The notes under the pieces are model-generated. The model searched no databases, had not been told where the DNA came from, and worked only from the letters and a program-made list of their open reading frames with translations. Both the position numbers and the translations under genes were made by a program. A DNA stretch of 22,651 bases from Candidatus Sericytochromatia bacterium (GTDB taxonomy: Bacteria; Cyanobacteriota; Sericytochromatia; S15B-MN24; JAQBPE01). Below are positions 1-8,673 of the stretch, in pieces (position 1 is the first letter of the stretch; the number at the start of each line of letters is the position of its first letter). The DNA lies in assembly GCA_040400605.1 (NCBI GenBank), contig JBBAPZ010000014.1, positions 1 to 22,651 of the forward strand, read 5' to 3'.

Positions 1-359
1 ACGTGGTAGACCACAACAATCATCGCATCCGCAAGGTCACCCAGAACGGCGTGGTGACAACCTTGGCAGGTTCGATAAAAGGATACACAGATGGCAAAGG
101 CGCTGACGCGCAGTTTGATCACCCAGTCGGTGTAGCGGTTGATCAAGCGGGCAACGTATAGGTCGCCGATGCAGGCAACCACCAAATCCGTCTCGTTGGT
201 TCTGACGGAACGGTTATAAGCTTGCCCGGGCTTGGCGAGGTCAATGATATGGGCAGCCTTGCCCAGTTTGACTATCCCCAAGGCGTCGCGGTTGATGACG
301 CAGGACACATCTATGTGGCTGATACTGACAACCACCGCATTCGCAAGATTCAGCGATAG
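1..359 (+). pseudogene. 3' end of NHL-repeat (beta-propeller) protein gene, interrupted by an in-frame TAG at 159-161; 5' part lies outside the window
   Basis: Frame +3 translated by hand: VVDHNNHRIRKVTQNGVVTTLAGSIKGYTDGKGADAQFDHPVGVAVDQAGNV*VADAGNHQIRLV...AQFDYPQGVAVDDAGHIYVADTDNHRIRKIQR*. This matches the NHL consensus F..P.GVAVD..GN.YVAD..NHRIRK. Final stop is TAG 357-359. Not in the ORF track. Confidence 0.85.
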
Positions 360-539
360 CTTGACACACAACTTGCCAGGCACCATGTTGCCTCGATGAC
401 CTGCATGAATACGCAATATCGACCCACCGATTGTGAACGAATCGAACCAAGCGCCACGGGGCATAGATTGTTTCGGATGACGTGTTCACCCGCTTTTCGG
501 GTATGGTCTCAACAGTGAATCGGCGATTGGGAGCGTTAA

Positions 540-1460
540 GTGGGAAGCATTTTGGAAGTCAGGCATTTGACGGTGGATATGCCAGGCAAACGAGTACTCG
601 ATAACGTCAGCTTTGGGCTTGATAGAGGCACCATCACCGCGCTCGTTGGGCCAAACGGCGCGGGCAAGAGCACGCTGATGCGCTGTATCGTGGCGCTCGA
701 TCCCATCTGGCACGGAACCGTCACCTTAGAAGGCGTCAATGTGAGTGAGACGCCACGGGCCATGCACCGTCAAGTGGGGTACCTGGCCGATGATTTTGGG
801 CTTTATGATGAGTTAAGCGTGGCCCACTGTCTTGAGCACGTGGGGCTGGCACGCGGTTTGAGCCCGGAGGCGATTCAGACGCGCTTGCAGGTTGTCGTGC
901 GCGAAACCCAGTTGGCTGAGTTATTGCCCCGTCGGGCGGGGGTGTTATCCAAGGGGCAACGCCAGCGTGTCGGGTTAGCACTGGCGCTGTTGCATGATCC
1001 CATTTTGCTGGTTTTGGATGAGCCCGCAACCGGTTTGGATCCGGAAGCGCGCCAGCTGTTGGGTGAATGTTTGAACGCATTGCGTCAGGCGGGTAAAACG
1101 ATTCTGGTATCGTCGCATATTTTGGCGGAACTGGAGCAGTATGCCACGCATATGTTACTGCTTGATGCAGGCCGGCTCAAAACGTTTGTGCCGGTTGGAT
1201 CGCAAAATGCGGTCGTGCGTTGCCGCCTGATTTTGAGGGTATCGGGTGGTCAAGAAACCGGTGGTCGCTTTTTGGCAACTCAACCTGGCGTGCAGGAGCT
1301 CAAGGCAACGCCCGAGGGTTTTCTTTTCGACTGGCTGGCGCCTGAAACTGAATTGACAGCGTTGCTGGAGGCGTGTCTGGTGGCAAAAGTTCCTGTGATT
1401 GGTCTTGAGCGCGTACAGGAACGCATGGAACAGGTTTATCTGCAGCAGGTGGCGCGATGA
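540..1460 (+). CDS. ABC transporter ATP-binding protein (ABC-2/drug exporter type)
   Basis: Walker A GPNGAGKS, signature LSKGQRQR, Walker B/D-loop LVLDEPATGLD, H-loop SSH; GGGAG upstream of the GTG start. Confidence 0.95.
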   Translation: MGSILEVRHLTVDMPGKRVLDNVSFGLDRGTITALVGPNGAGKSTLMRCIVALDPIWHGTVTLEGVNVSETPRAMHRQVGYLADDFGLYDELSVAHCLEHVGLARGLSPEAIQTRLQVVVRETQLAELLPRRAGVLSKGQRQRVGLALALLHDPILLVLDEPATGLDPEARQLLGECLNALRQAGKTILVSSHILAELEQYATHMLLLDAGRLKTFVPVGSQNAVVRCRLILRVSGGQETGGRFLATQPGVQELKATPEGFLFDWLAPETELTALLEACLVAKVPVIGLERVQERMEQVYLQQVAR

Positions 1461-2767
1461 TGCTGCAGGCAAATGCTGAATGGCGTCGGTATGCCCGGCT
1501 CGAACTGACGCCGTTTCGCCTCTTTATAATCCCGGTGGTCGGTGTTTTGGTAATTCTGGCTGCCTGCTCAGGCGGCCAGCCGGCCGAGACCCGATGGCTC
1601 ATCAGAATCACAAACACTTGGTTTGTGTTCTGTGCATTTTGGGGCATGCAGGGTGCAAGTCTGTCGGTGGTGGATGAAGTCGCCGGAGGGACTTGGGACC
1701 AGCAACGTTTAAGTCATCAAAGTGCCTGGAAACTTTTATGGGGCAAGTGGCTGGGTAGCACGGTATTTTCTTGGTACGGCGTTTTTTGGGGTGTGGTATT
1801 GAGTTTGCCCTTCGGGATGCCTTGGCGTCACGTCGGTTTGTTGCTGGCACTGATGCTCACCGGTCAGGCGCTGGGCGTGCTGTTCAGCTTTGCCAATGTT
1901 ATCCGCATGCGGCAGGTCCGTCGTGCGAAGATGGCTGGACTTAGGCAAGGCTCAGCAGTGGTCTCGGGGTTATTGGTGTTAGCCGGTGCATGCATCCTTA
2001 ACGCGGATGACAACATCAGCCGAGTGTGGGGTGATACCCTTGTTGCAGTCTGTTTGTGGTTACCTTGGCCAGCATTGATTGCGCATCGACTGGCGCGCAT
2101 CGAGTTGCAGGAGCGTGTCACGCCTGTGGTCTGGTTGGCACTGGTCGCTTTTCATACAGCCTTTGTGTGTTTGCCTCTGGCTGGCACGCGATCTTTTTCT
2201 GGATTGCGGTTACTAGAGGTACTGACGATCGTGGCTTTGGCCTATACCTATTTGACTGGTTTTTTTGAGCGTCTGGATACATTGAAACTGTTGAATCTGA
2301 TCAAGATTCGAAACTGGCAGATGCTCTGGTCGCAGGTGCCAGTTTCGTGGTTGCTGGCTATCGTGAGTGTGGCGGCTTGTTGTGTGTATGCGCTTGTTTT
2401 GAGCACGGGTGGCGAAACACGGGCTGAACCAGGATTCTCCGTGCAAGCGATCATAACGATCGTGCTGTTTGGATTGCGAGACTGGTTGTTGCTGGTATTC
2501 ATACAGTTAAGCGTCGCCGCGCACAAGGAAAGTTACGGTGCCACCGCTTTTGGTTTTTCGCTAGTCTATGTGATTGTGCCCCTACTAGCGTTTTTGTCGG
2601 GCTTTGAGGGGTTCACGCCGTTTTGCTGGTCCTTCAATCTGGACCAGGCCGCTGTTTGGCAGCCTTTGCCAACACTTGCGCTGGTAACAGGCCTGACTTT
2701 CTGGCGGGTGAAAAAGATTTTGGAATCACAACTGTCGGTGTCCATCAAGACAATCACCCAGGAATGA
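1457..2767 (+). CDS. ABC-2 type permease-like polytopic membrane protein
   Basis: ATGA overlap with the ATPase stop; about 12 hydrophobic segments; ABC-2-like cytoplasmic motif EVAGGTWDQQRLSHQSAWKLLWGKWLG. Confidence 0.8.
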   Translation: MMLQANAEWRRYARLELTPFRLFIIPVVGVLVILAACSGGQPAETRWLIRITNTWFVFCAFWGMQGASLSVVDEVAGGTWDQQRLSHQSAWKLLWGKWLGSTVFSWYGVFWGVVLSLPFGMPWRHVGLLLALMLTGQALGVLFSFANVIRMRQVRRAKMAGLRQGSAVVSGLLVLAGACILNADDNISRVWGDTLVAVCLWLPWPALIAHRLARIELQERVTPVVWLALVAFHTAFVCLPLAGTRSFSGLRLLEVLTIVALAYTYLTGFFERLDTLKLLNLIKIRNWQMLWSQVPVSWLLAIVSVAACCVYALVLSTGGETRAEPGFSVQAIITIVLFGLRDWLLLVFIQLSVAAHKESYGATAFGFSLVYVIVPLLAFLSGFEGFTPFCWSFNLDQAAVWQPLPTLALVTGLTFWRVKKILESQLSVSIKTITQE

Positions 2768-2779
2768 GAAGCGTATCGT

Positions 2780-2793
2780 GACGAATATTAGCA
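2780..2793 (+). promoter_or_regulatory. 14-bp element GACGAATATTAGCA, copy 1
   Basis: Identical to 8650-8663; both copies end 10 nt before a start codon. Confidence 0.45.
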
Positions 2794-2803
2794 GTTTGCG
2801 TCA

Positions 2804-3451
2804 ATGGAAGCATTTGCCGATTGCCTGATGGCGCAATCCGGAATTCGTATTTTGCAAAAATTTGAACTTGCCGAGGTGTTTGGTTTTGAAGGCCGCAATA
2901 AATATGCCCTGGCTGACATGAACGGCCAGACGATTGGATTTGCTGCAGAACAGGGAAAGGGAATCGTTGGCTGGTTTCTGCGTCAGTATCTCGGGCACTG
3001 GCGCCGCTTTGATGTCACCATTTTTGACAATCAGCGCAAGCCGGTGCTTCAGTTGAAGCATCCCTTTCGCTGGTTTTTTCAGAAAATGGATGTATGTCTG
3101 CCGAATAACCGTTGTATCGGTTCCTTTGAATGGAAACTGTTCTTTTTCCGTCGTGGATTTAATGTATTGGATCGCAAAGGCCAATTGTTGTTTGAGGTCA
3201 AAACCGAACGTACCCTGTTACGTTGGACATTTGACGTTTTCACAGGCAGCCGGCGTCGAGCCGAAATCGCCAAACAGTTTTCTGGCGTCATGTCCGAACT
3301 TTTCACGGATCGGGACGAATTCGTCGTCTCGTTCGACGACGAGCGGCTTGATGAAAATGAGCGATCGCTCCTGGTTGCCGCAGCCATTTTCACCGATCTT
3401 CAATACTTCGAAAGTAAGGCAAAATCCAACTATGACTTCGACTTCGGGTGA
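2804..3451 (+). CDS. phospholipid scramblase / tubby C-terminal-like family protein
   Basis: Scramblase-type motifs ELAEVFGFEGRNKY, LKHPFRWFF, IAKQFSGVMSELFTDRDEFVVSF and C-terminal helix ERSLLVAAAIFTDLQYFE. Confidence 0.8.
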   Translation: MEAFADCLMAQSGIRILQKFELAEVFGFEGRNKYALADMNGQTIGFAAEQGKGIVGWFLRQYLGHWRRFDVTIFDNQRKPVLQLKHPFRWFFQKMDVCLPNNRCIGSFEWKLFFFRRGFNVLDRKGQLLFEVKTERTLLRWTFDVFTGSRRRAEIAKQFSGVMSELFTDRDEFVVSFDDERLDENERSLLVAAAIFTDLQYFESKAKSNYDFDFG

Positions 3452-3513
3452 AGATGGCAATCTCTGGCGGCCATCTTCCACTGTCCGTCAATTAATACCT
3501 GGACGCCCGGCAA

Positions 3514-4614
3514 TCATAGTGCAAATCTGAACTCCATCACGTCGCCATCCACCACGATGTATTCCTTGCCTTCCAGGCGCACGAGGCCTTTTTCCTTGGC
3601 GGCCAGCTTGGACCCGGAGTTGACCAAATCGTCATAGCAAATCGTCTCCGCCCGGATGAAACCCTTCTCGAAGTCGGTGTGAATCACGCCGGCGGCCTGT
3701 GGCGCCTTGGTGCCGCGCGTGATGGTCCAGGCGTGGACTTCTTTTTCACCCGCGGTGAAGTACGTAATCAGGCTCAAGGCATCGTAGCTGGCGCGAATCA
3801 GACGGCCGAGGCCGCCTTCGGTGACGCCGAGATCAGCCAGATAAGCCTCGGCCTCCTCTGTGCCCAATTCCCGCAGTTCACTTTCAATCTGCGCCGAGAT
3901 CGTGGCTACTACCTGACCATGCTCCGCCGCATACGCCTTCACCTGCTTGACCAGGGGGTGATCATCCGCGGTCGCGAGATCGCCCTCTGCCACGTTGGCC
4001 GCAAAGATAACCGGCTTGTCCGTCAGCAGATTGAGCGGCTGTAACCACGCCCACTCTTCGGGCGTGGGCTTCAGCACGAAATTCAACGGAACACCGCCTT
4101 CAAGAATCTCCTTGAGCCTGAGCAAGAAGGCATTTTCAGCAACCGCGTCTTTATTGTTGGCCCGCACGTCACGCGCAAGACGTTCGATGCGTTTTTCAAC
4201 CGTGGAGAGATCCGCCATGGCCAATTCCAGGTTGATGGTTTCGATGTCGCGCACAGGGTTGACGCTGCCTTCCACGTGCGTGATATCGTCATCTTCAAAA
4301 CAACGCACGACGTGCACGATTGCATCCACCTCACGAATATGGGCCAAAAACTTGTTGCCCAACCCTTCACCCTTGCTGGCGCCGCGCACAAGGCCCGCGA
4401 TATCCACAAACTCGATGGCCGTTGGCACGATTTTTAGCGTCTTGGACAATTTTGCCAAAACACCCAGGCGCGTATCCGGCACTTCCACTACGCCCACGTT
4501 GGGATCAATCGTGCAAAATGGAAAGTTGGCTGCCACCGCACCCGCCGCCGTGATGGCATTGAATAAGGTGGACTTGCCCACATTTGGTAAACCAACAATT
4601 CCCGCCCGCAACAT
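3514..4614 (-). CDS. ychF: redox-regulated ATPase YchF (Obg family)
   Basis: GIVGLPNVGKSTLFNA, NFPFCTIDPN, DIAGLVRGASKGEGLGNKFL, and TGS domain APQAAGVIHTDFEKGFIRAE. Confidence 0.98.
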   Translation of the reverse strand: MLRAGIVGLPNVGKSTLFNAITAAGAVAANFPFCTIDPNVGVVEVPDTRLGVLAKLSKTLKIVPTAIEFVDIAGLVRGASKGEGLGNKFLAHIREVDAIVHVVRCFEDDDITHVEGSVNPVRDIETINLELAMADLSTVEKRIERLARDVRANNKDAVAENAFLLRLKEILEGGVPLNFVLKPTPEEWAWLQPLNLLTDKPVIFAANVAEGDLATADDHPLVKQVKAYAAEHGQVVATISAQIESELRELGTEEAEAYLADLGVTEGGLGRLIRASYDALSLITYFTAGEKEVHAWTITRGTKAPQAAGVIHTDFEKGFIRAETICYDDLVNSGSKLAAKEKGLVRLEGKEYIVVDGDVMEFRFAL

Positions 4615-4659
4615 GCCTCGCCCACTCCTGACTTCAATATTCGCACTTGAAACGATGCG

Positions 4660-4668
4660 ATTCTACCA
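4660..4668 (-). promoter_or_regulatory. putative extended -10 promoter of ychF (TGgTAGAAT)
   Basis: Minus strand reads TATGGTAGAAT about 46 nt before the ATG; AGGAG at 4625-4629. Confidence 0.55.
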
Positions 4669-4781
4669 TAACCGATCACCGGTTAAGTTACGGTCAAATT
4701 ATCATCGCATTCCGTCACCAAACACGATTTTTCACGATACTCCATTTGTGCAGTGTTGAATCGTAATTGTAGAGGTTGACG

Positions 4782-5561
4782 ATGAGTGTCGAAAATCAGC
4801 CCAAGCACGGACCAGGCCCAAATCTGCCGAGCGCAAGGGGTGTGAAGCCTGTGTCTCCTGGTGGTCAAACAGGGCATGTAAAGGGACATATTGAGACACA
4901 AGACACGCATGAGCGGGCGTCAGCAGAGGGGGGCAAACGGGGGATAATGGAGGCGATCGCACACCGTGCGCACGTGCCGCACGGGACCGTTCACGCCGTG
5001 GAGTCAGTAGAGCGGGGCGGGCTCTTGCTCAACAGGTCCTTGCGGTTGTTGAGTGCGGGAGCAGAAAGTCATCATGGGCAACCCCATCGGGGCGTCTGGG
5101 GACGGTTAGAGGACTCCGTTGTCGCACTTGGCCGGTGGGGCAAGCGTAGGATTGAGCGGTTGCCGGGTTTTGACAGGCTTTTGGCGCCTCGTCCGGTTAG
5201 GGGCGTGACGCAGCGCGTTCATCAATCCAAGGTCGTGAGACTGTGGGGACGCACGGCTCAGACGATGGGTGGAAGAATTCCTGCGGTTGGGTCGGTGCTG
5301 GGTGTGGCGATCGCCGTGACGGACGCCCAGCGCACCCAAGCCGTGCTCGCAAACCCTCACAGTGAACGAAAAGCACGGGTGTTAGCCATCAGCCAGGGGG
5401 GATTGTCCGTCGTAAGCGGCGTTAGTGGCGCAACGGCACTCGTGGCGGCCGCAGCCCGTCTAAACCTCCCGATTGGCGTGCCGATGATGCTTAGCGTGAG
5501 CGCGCTCACGGGATTCGGGGCGTTCTTGTTGAGTCTCGCGCAGCCCTCCAAGCCACACTGA
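4782..5561 (+). CDS. hypothetical protein: disordered N-terminus, Gly/Ala-rich hydrophobic C-terminal helices
   Basis: 259-aa ORF filling the gap between ychF and the kinase; AGAGG upstream; ATG 4782 (alternative TTG 4776); hydrophobic segments IPAVGSVLGVAIAV and GGLSVVSGVSGATALVAAAA...FGAFLLSLA. Confidence 0.75.
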   Translation: MSVENQPKHGPGPNLPSARGVKPVSPGGQTGHVKGHIETQDTHERASAEGGKRGIMEAIAHRAHVPHGTVHAVESVERGGLLLNRSLRLLSAGAESHHGQPHRGVWGRLEDSVVALGRWGKRRIERLPGFDRLLAPRPVRGVTQRVHQSKVVRLWGRTAQTMGGRIPAVGSVLGVAIAVTDAQRTQAVLANPHSERKARVLAISQGGLSVVSGVSGATALVAAAARLNLPIGVPMMLSVSALTGFGAFLLSLAQPSKPH

Positions 5562-5661
5562 ATAACGGCGCATCCGTTTATGTTCAAAACTTACGTGTCA
5601 AACCCAAAACGACAGACACTCACCTGCTGTTATTCCAAAGTGCCCAAAATTGGCTCACCAA

Positions 5662-6957
5662 TCAATGCGTGTCTGTATAACCTGCGTGCAAGGTTAATGG
5701 GCGCACGCGCGGGGGTATTGGAATCTGAAAGGTCAAAATGCATCCGTGGTGTGGCGTGTGGGCAATACTAAGCGTGCCACCGTGCCCTTCAACGAGGGTC
5801 TTGCTCACGCACAAGCCAAGCCCCAGACCGCCTATCGGGCGCCGGATACCCATATCCCCTTGAACGAACGGGTGGAAGAGGCGGGTTTTGCTGGGAAACG
5901 CATGGGGCGTTGTGGGATTCCGGATTCGAGTAATGAGCGCGTTACCGGTCACATGGGCGTGGACATCAATGTAGCCTGTGTTGTCAGGCGCAAATTTGAT
6001 GGCATTATCGAGTAAATTCGTTAAGACCTTTTGGATGGCCCCACCATCCAGGGGGATTTCGTGGGGCACGTTCAGGCTGGTGCGAATTTCGATTCCTTTG
6101 CGTTTGGCCGCGGGTGTCATGGTCTCGATCACAGCCTGTAGCAACGCGCCGTAATCAATTGGTGCAGGCTCAACAACCAAGGTGCCTGTGATCATTTGGC
6201 TTGTAAGAAGCAAATTGTCAATCAGGTTTTGCATGCGGTGCGTTTCACTGTGCAAACCGGTGATACATTGTTTGAGCAGCGGATCCACCTGAACGGGAAA
6301 TGCGTCGCTCAAAAGTTCCGTGAAACCCAGGATGGATTGAACGGGGGTACGTAACTCGTGACTGATGACGCTCAAAAATTCGTGTTTGTAGCGTTCTTGC
6401 TCGTCAAGGGTTTTCGCGAGGACATCGGGCAAGTCCGGGTGACTTCCCAGCAATTCGGCACTATGCTGGCGTGCGGTAACGTCGTGTTGAACACCCAAAA
6501 ACAGGTTTTCCGCCTCACTAGTGCCATGTAACGGCGCGACAAAAAGTTCATTCCAAAACATTTCACCATTTTTGCGATAGTTACGCAGCAGAACCGTGGC
6601 TTCGCGGCGTGCGGCAATGGCCTCGCGCAAAGTGGCGCGGCCAGCTTGTTTGCGATCGCCTCGCTGCAGCAAGCGGCAATCACGGTTGATCACTTCCGCC
6701 AGTTTATACCCTGTCAAAGCCGAAAACCCCGGGCTGGCGTAAACGATTTGCTGCTCGTGTCCGCCAGCCGAGCGCGTGATCGTGAAACCAACCGGCGTCG
6801 TCACTTCGAGACGCTCACGCAGCCGACTCAACTCCCGTATCGTCCTCAGTACCCGCGACGTTGGGGTTTCCGTCTGCGTCCCATTTGACTGTTGCTCCCG
6901 CCTGCGGGGGTGGGTTGTACCATCAACCGACGGACCAGACTTGAATCGAGGGCACAT
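5662..6957 (-). CDS. LOV (PAS) domain sensor histidine kinase
   Basis: LOV: YASPGFSALTGY, NRDCRLLQ, NYRKNGEMFWNEL, FLGVQHDVT. HisKA: SHELRTP. N box NLLDNAIKF; G2 box GGLGLGL. Start moved from the track's 7119 to ATG 6957 because AGAAAGGA lies just upstream. Confidence 0.92.
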   Translation of the reverse strand: MCPRFKSGPSVDGTTHPRRREQQSNGTQTETPTSRVLRTIRELSRLRERLEVTTPVGFTITRSAGGHEQQIVYASPGFSALTGYKLAEVINRDCRLLQRGDRKQAGRATLREAIAARREATVLLRNYRKNGEMFWNELFVAPLHGTSEAENLFLGVQHDVTARQHSAELLGSHPDLPDVLAKTLDEQERYKHEFLSVISHELRTPVQSILGFTELLSDAFPVQVDPLLKQCITGLHSETHRMQNLIDNLLLTSQMITGTLVVEPAPIDYGALLQAVIETMTPAAKRKGIEIRTSLNVPHEIPLDGGAIQKVLTNLLDNAIKFAPDNTGYIDVHAHVTGNALITRIRNPTTPHAFPSKTRLFHPFVQGDMGIRRPIGGLGLGLCVSKTLVEGHGGTLSIAHTPHHGCILTFQIPIPPRVRPLTLHAGYTDTH

Positions 6958-7276
6958 CACGCGATCCTTTCTACGCACCGGAGACTTGAACGCCAACCGG
7001 GAGTGCGAGATTTCGCACGCTAAAGCCCATCGTAGGAGCACCGGTGCAAGAGCCAAACAGTCAAGCGGCACCAAGCTACCAATCACCCACGGTGTCTCAG
7101 CTTTTGACAGGTTTCCCAACCATCAACTTCGCTGATTGCTGGTTCAATGATTGTTGTATTAATTCAGGTTATATCAATCGAAATCAGCATTGATACTGAT
7201 GCGTTTTAATCTGGTGGTTGTCGTCTGAACAGCGCGTGTGATGATTTCATCGTGATCGACGATGGCTGAAAATTGC

Positions 7277-8572
7277 TTAGTTGGGGTGTAAAAACCCACC
7301 AGCGCCCGGTTCGAACATGCGGGTGTAGAGTTTGAGGGCGTAGGCATCAGTCATGCCGGCGATGTAGTCGCAGATGACTCTCAGACGCTGTGCTTCGTTG
7401 TGGCGACAAGTTTCCCAGGATTCGCGGATATCCGCGGGCAGCAAATCCCCGCTGTCAGGTTGGGCATGGGCTTCGAACAGGCGCGTGACCACACGTTTGC
7501 CCTTGTATTCGAGTGTGGTGACCCTTGGGTGTCGGATCATCAGTACGTATTCGGTGCCCATCAAGATAGCGACCTGGCGTCTCAGCTCAGGGGCGATCGC
7601 AAGCGCAAGATGGTAAGGCGCAGGTGCATCGCGCGTCACCACACGCGTTCCCACCACGCAGGCGTGGATCAGATGCGAGGTCAACGCCTTGCGCTGCTCC
7701 TTGAGTCGGCGCACACTGCCGCCGCGTAAGTGCGCGAAGATCCGAGACAAGTGTTCGAAAACCTCCGTCACCGTGCAACCCGGCGCCCCTTTTTTTTCCG
7801 CATAAGCGGCAATCCGCTCAAGCAGGTGTTCCTGTTTCAGATGTTCAGGGGTGATCAATCCACCGTGCAAGCCATCTTCGAGATCGTGTACCGAATAGGC
7901 GATATCATCCGCCCATTCCATCACCTCCGACTCAAGCAAACGATGCGTGCGGCCGTACCCCTCACGCACCCAAGCAACGAGCGCTGCATCATCGTCGTAG
8001 TGGCATTTTTCGACATGTGCCGCCTCGGCCGCACCAGCACCTGCACGTCTGGCCTTGCATTCGCTGTACGATTGCAGGTACTTCAAAAGGCTGTCGATGG
8101 TGCGTCGCGTTAAATTGAGGCCAAAACCAGGTCGTTTTGCTTCGAGACGGCTCACGATGCGCAGGTTCTGGGCATTGGCCTCAAAGCCGCCAGCGTGCCG
8201 CATGCACTGCTGCAAGGCGACCTCACCATTGTGACCAAAGGGTGGGTGTCCCAGGTCATGTGCCAGACAGGCCGCTTCGATCAGCTCGACATTGACGGGC
8301 GCTTCAATCAGCAATGCCTGCGCATTGAGTGCCAACGCAAGCCCTTTACCGATTTGCGCCACTTCCATACTGTGCGTCAAACGTGTGCGGTAAAAATCAC
8401 CCTCGCCGACACCAAAAATCTGGGTTTTGCCTTGCAAGCGACGGAAGGCGGATGAGTGGATGATGCGCGCGCGATCGATCTCAAACGGCGAGCGCGTATC
8501 ACCCACACTCACCTGATCAAGTGCGTCCCAACGCAATAGATCCGCCTCGTCATAGCGTGATTGATTAACCAT
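7277..8572 (-). CDS. dgt: deoxyguanosinetriphosphate triphosphohydrolase (dGTPase, HD family)
   Basis: SSAFRRLQGKTQ, RTRLTHSMEVAQIG, AHDLGHPPFGHNGE, ADDIAYSVHDLED, DYIAGMTD; GGGAG upstream. Confidence 0.95.
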   Translation of the reverse strand: MVNQSRYDEADLLRWDALDQVSVGDTRSPFEIDRARIIHSSAFRRLQGKTQIFGVGEGDFYRTRLTHSMEVAQIGKGLALALNAQALLIEAPVNVELIEAACLAHDLGHPPFGHNGEVALQQCMRHAGGFEANAQNLRIVSRLEAKRPGFGLNLTRRTIDSLLKYLQSYSECKARRAGAGAAEAAHVEKCHYDDDAALVAWVREGYGRTHRLLESEVMEWADDIAYSVHDLEDGLHGGLITPEHLKQEHLLERIAAYAEKKGAPGCTVTEVFEHLSRIFAHLRGGSVRRLKEQRKALTSHLIHACVVGTRVVTRDAPAPYHLALAIAPELRRQVAILMGTEYVLMIRHPRVTTLEYKGKRVVTRLFEAHAQPDSGDLLPADIRESWETCRHNEAQRLRVICDYIAGMTDAYALKLYTRMFEPGAGGFLHPN

Positions 8573-8649
8573 ACGTCGACGATTTTCTCCCTGTCGTCAG
8601 GTACAACCAAAAAAGTGTTAATATGAAGGCGTCAGTTTCTAAGATGTCA

Positions 8650-8663
8650 GACGAATATTAGCA
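8650..8663 (+). promoter_or_regulatory. 14-bp element GACGAATATTAGCA, copy 2
   Basis: Identical to 2780-2793; 10 nt before GTG 8674. Confidence 0.45.
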
Positions 8664-8673
8664 TAATGAATAC

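Noticed and set aside
1..359. Genome-wide TAG reassignment or DGR target
   Set aside because: TAG terminates other genes here, no other conserved gene has an internal TAG, and no reverse transcriptase or template repeat is visible.
3679..4759. Long plus-strand ORFs opposite ychF (and likewise opposite uvrA, the HD gene and phoH)
   Set aside because: Antisense shadows of conserved genes in GC-rich DNA, with no recognisable motifs.
6958..7119. 54-aa N-terminal extension of the LOV kinase given by the ORF track
   Set aside because: A good RBS sits before ATG 6957 and the extension has no recognisable features. The same reasoning was applied to the track's longer starts for GH13, LysM, ybeY, dgkA and rpsU.
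7277..8572. dGTPase as an anti-phage defence system
   Set aside because: It has typical housekeeping dgt motifs and no defence or mobile genes nearby; a phylogeny would be needed to claim otherwise.
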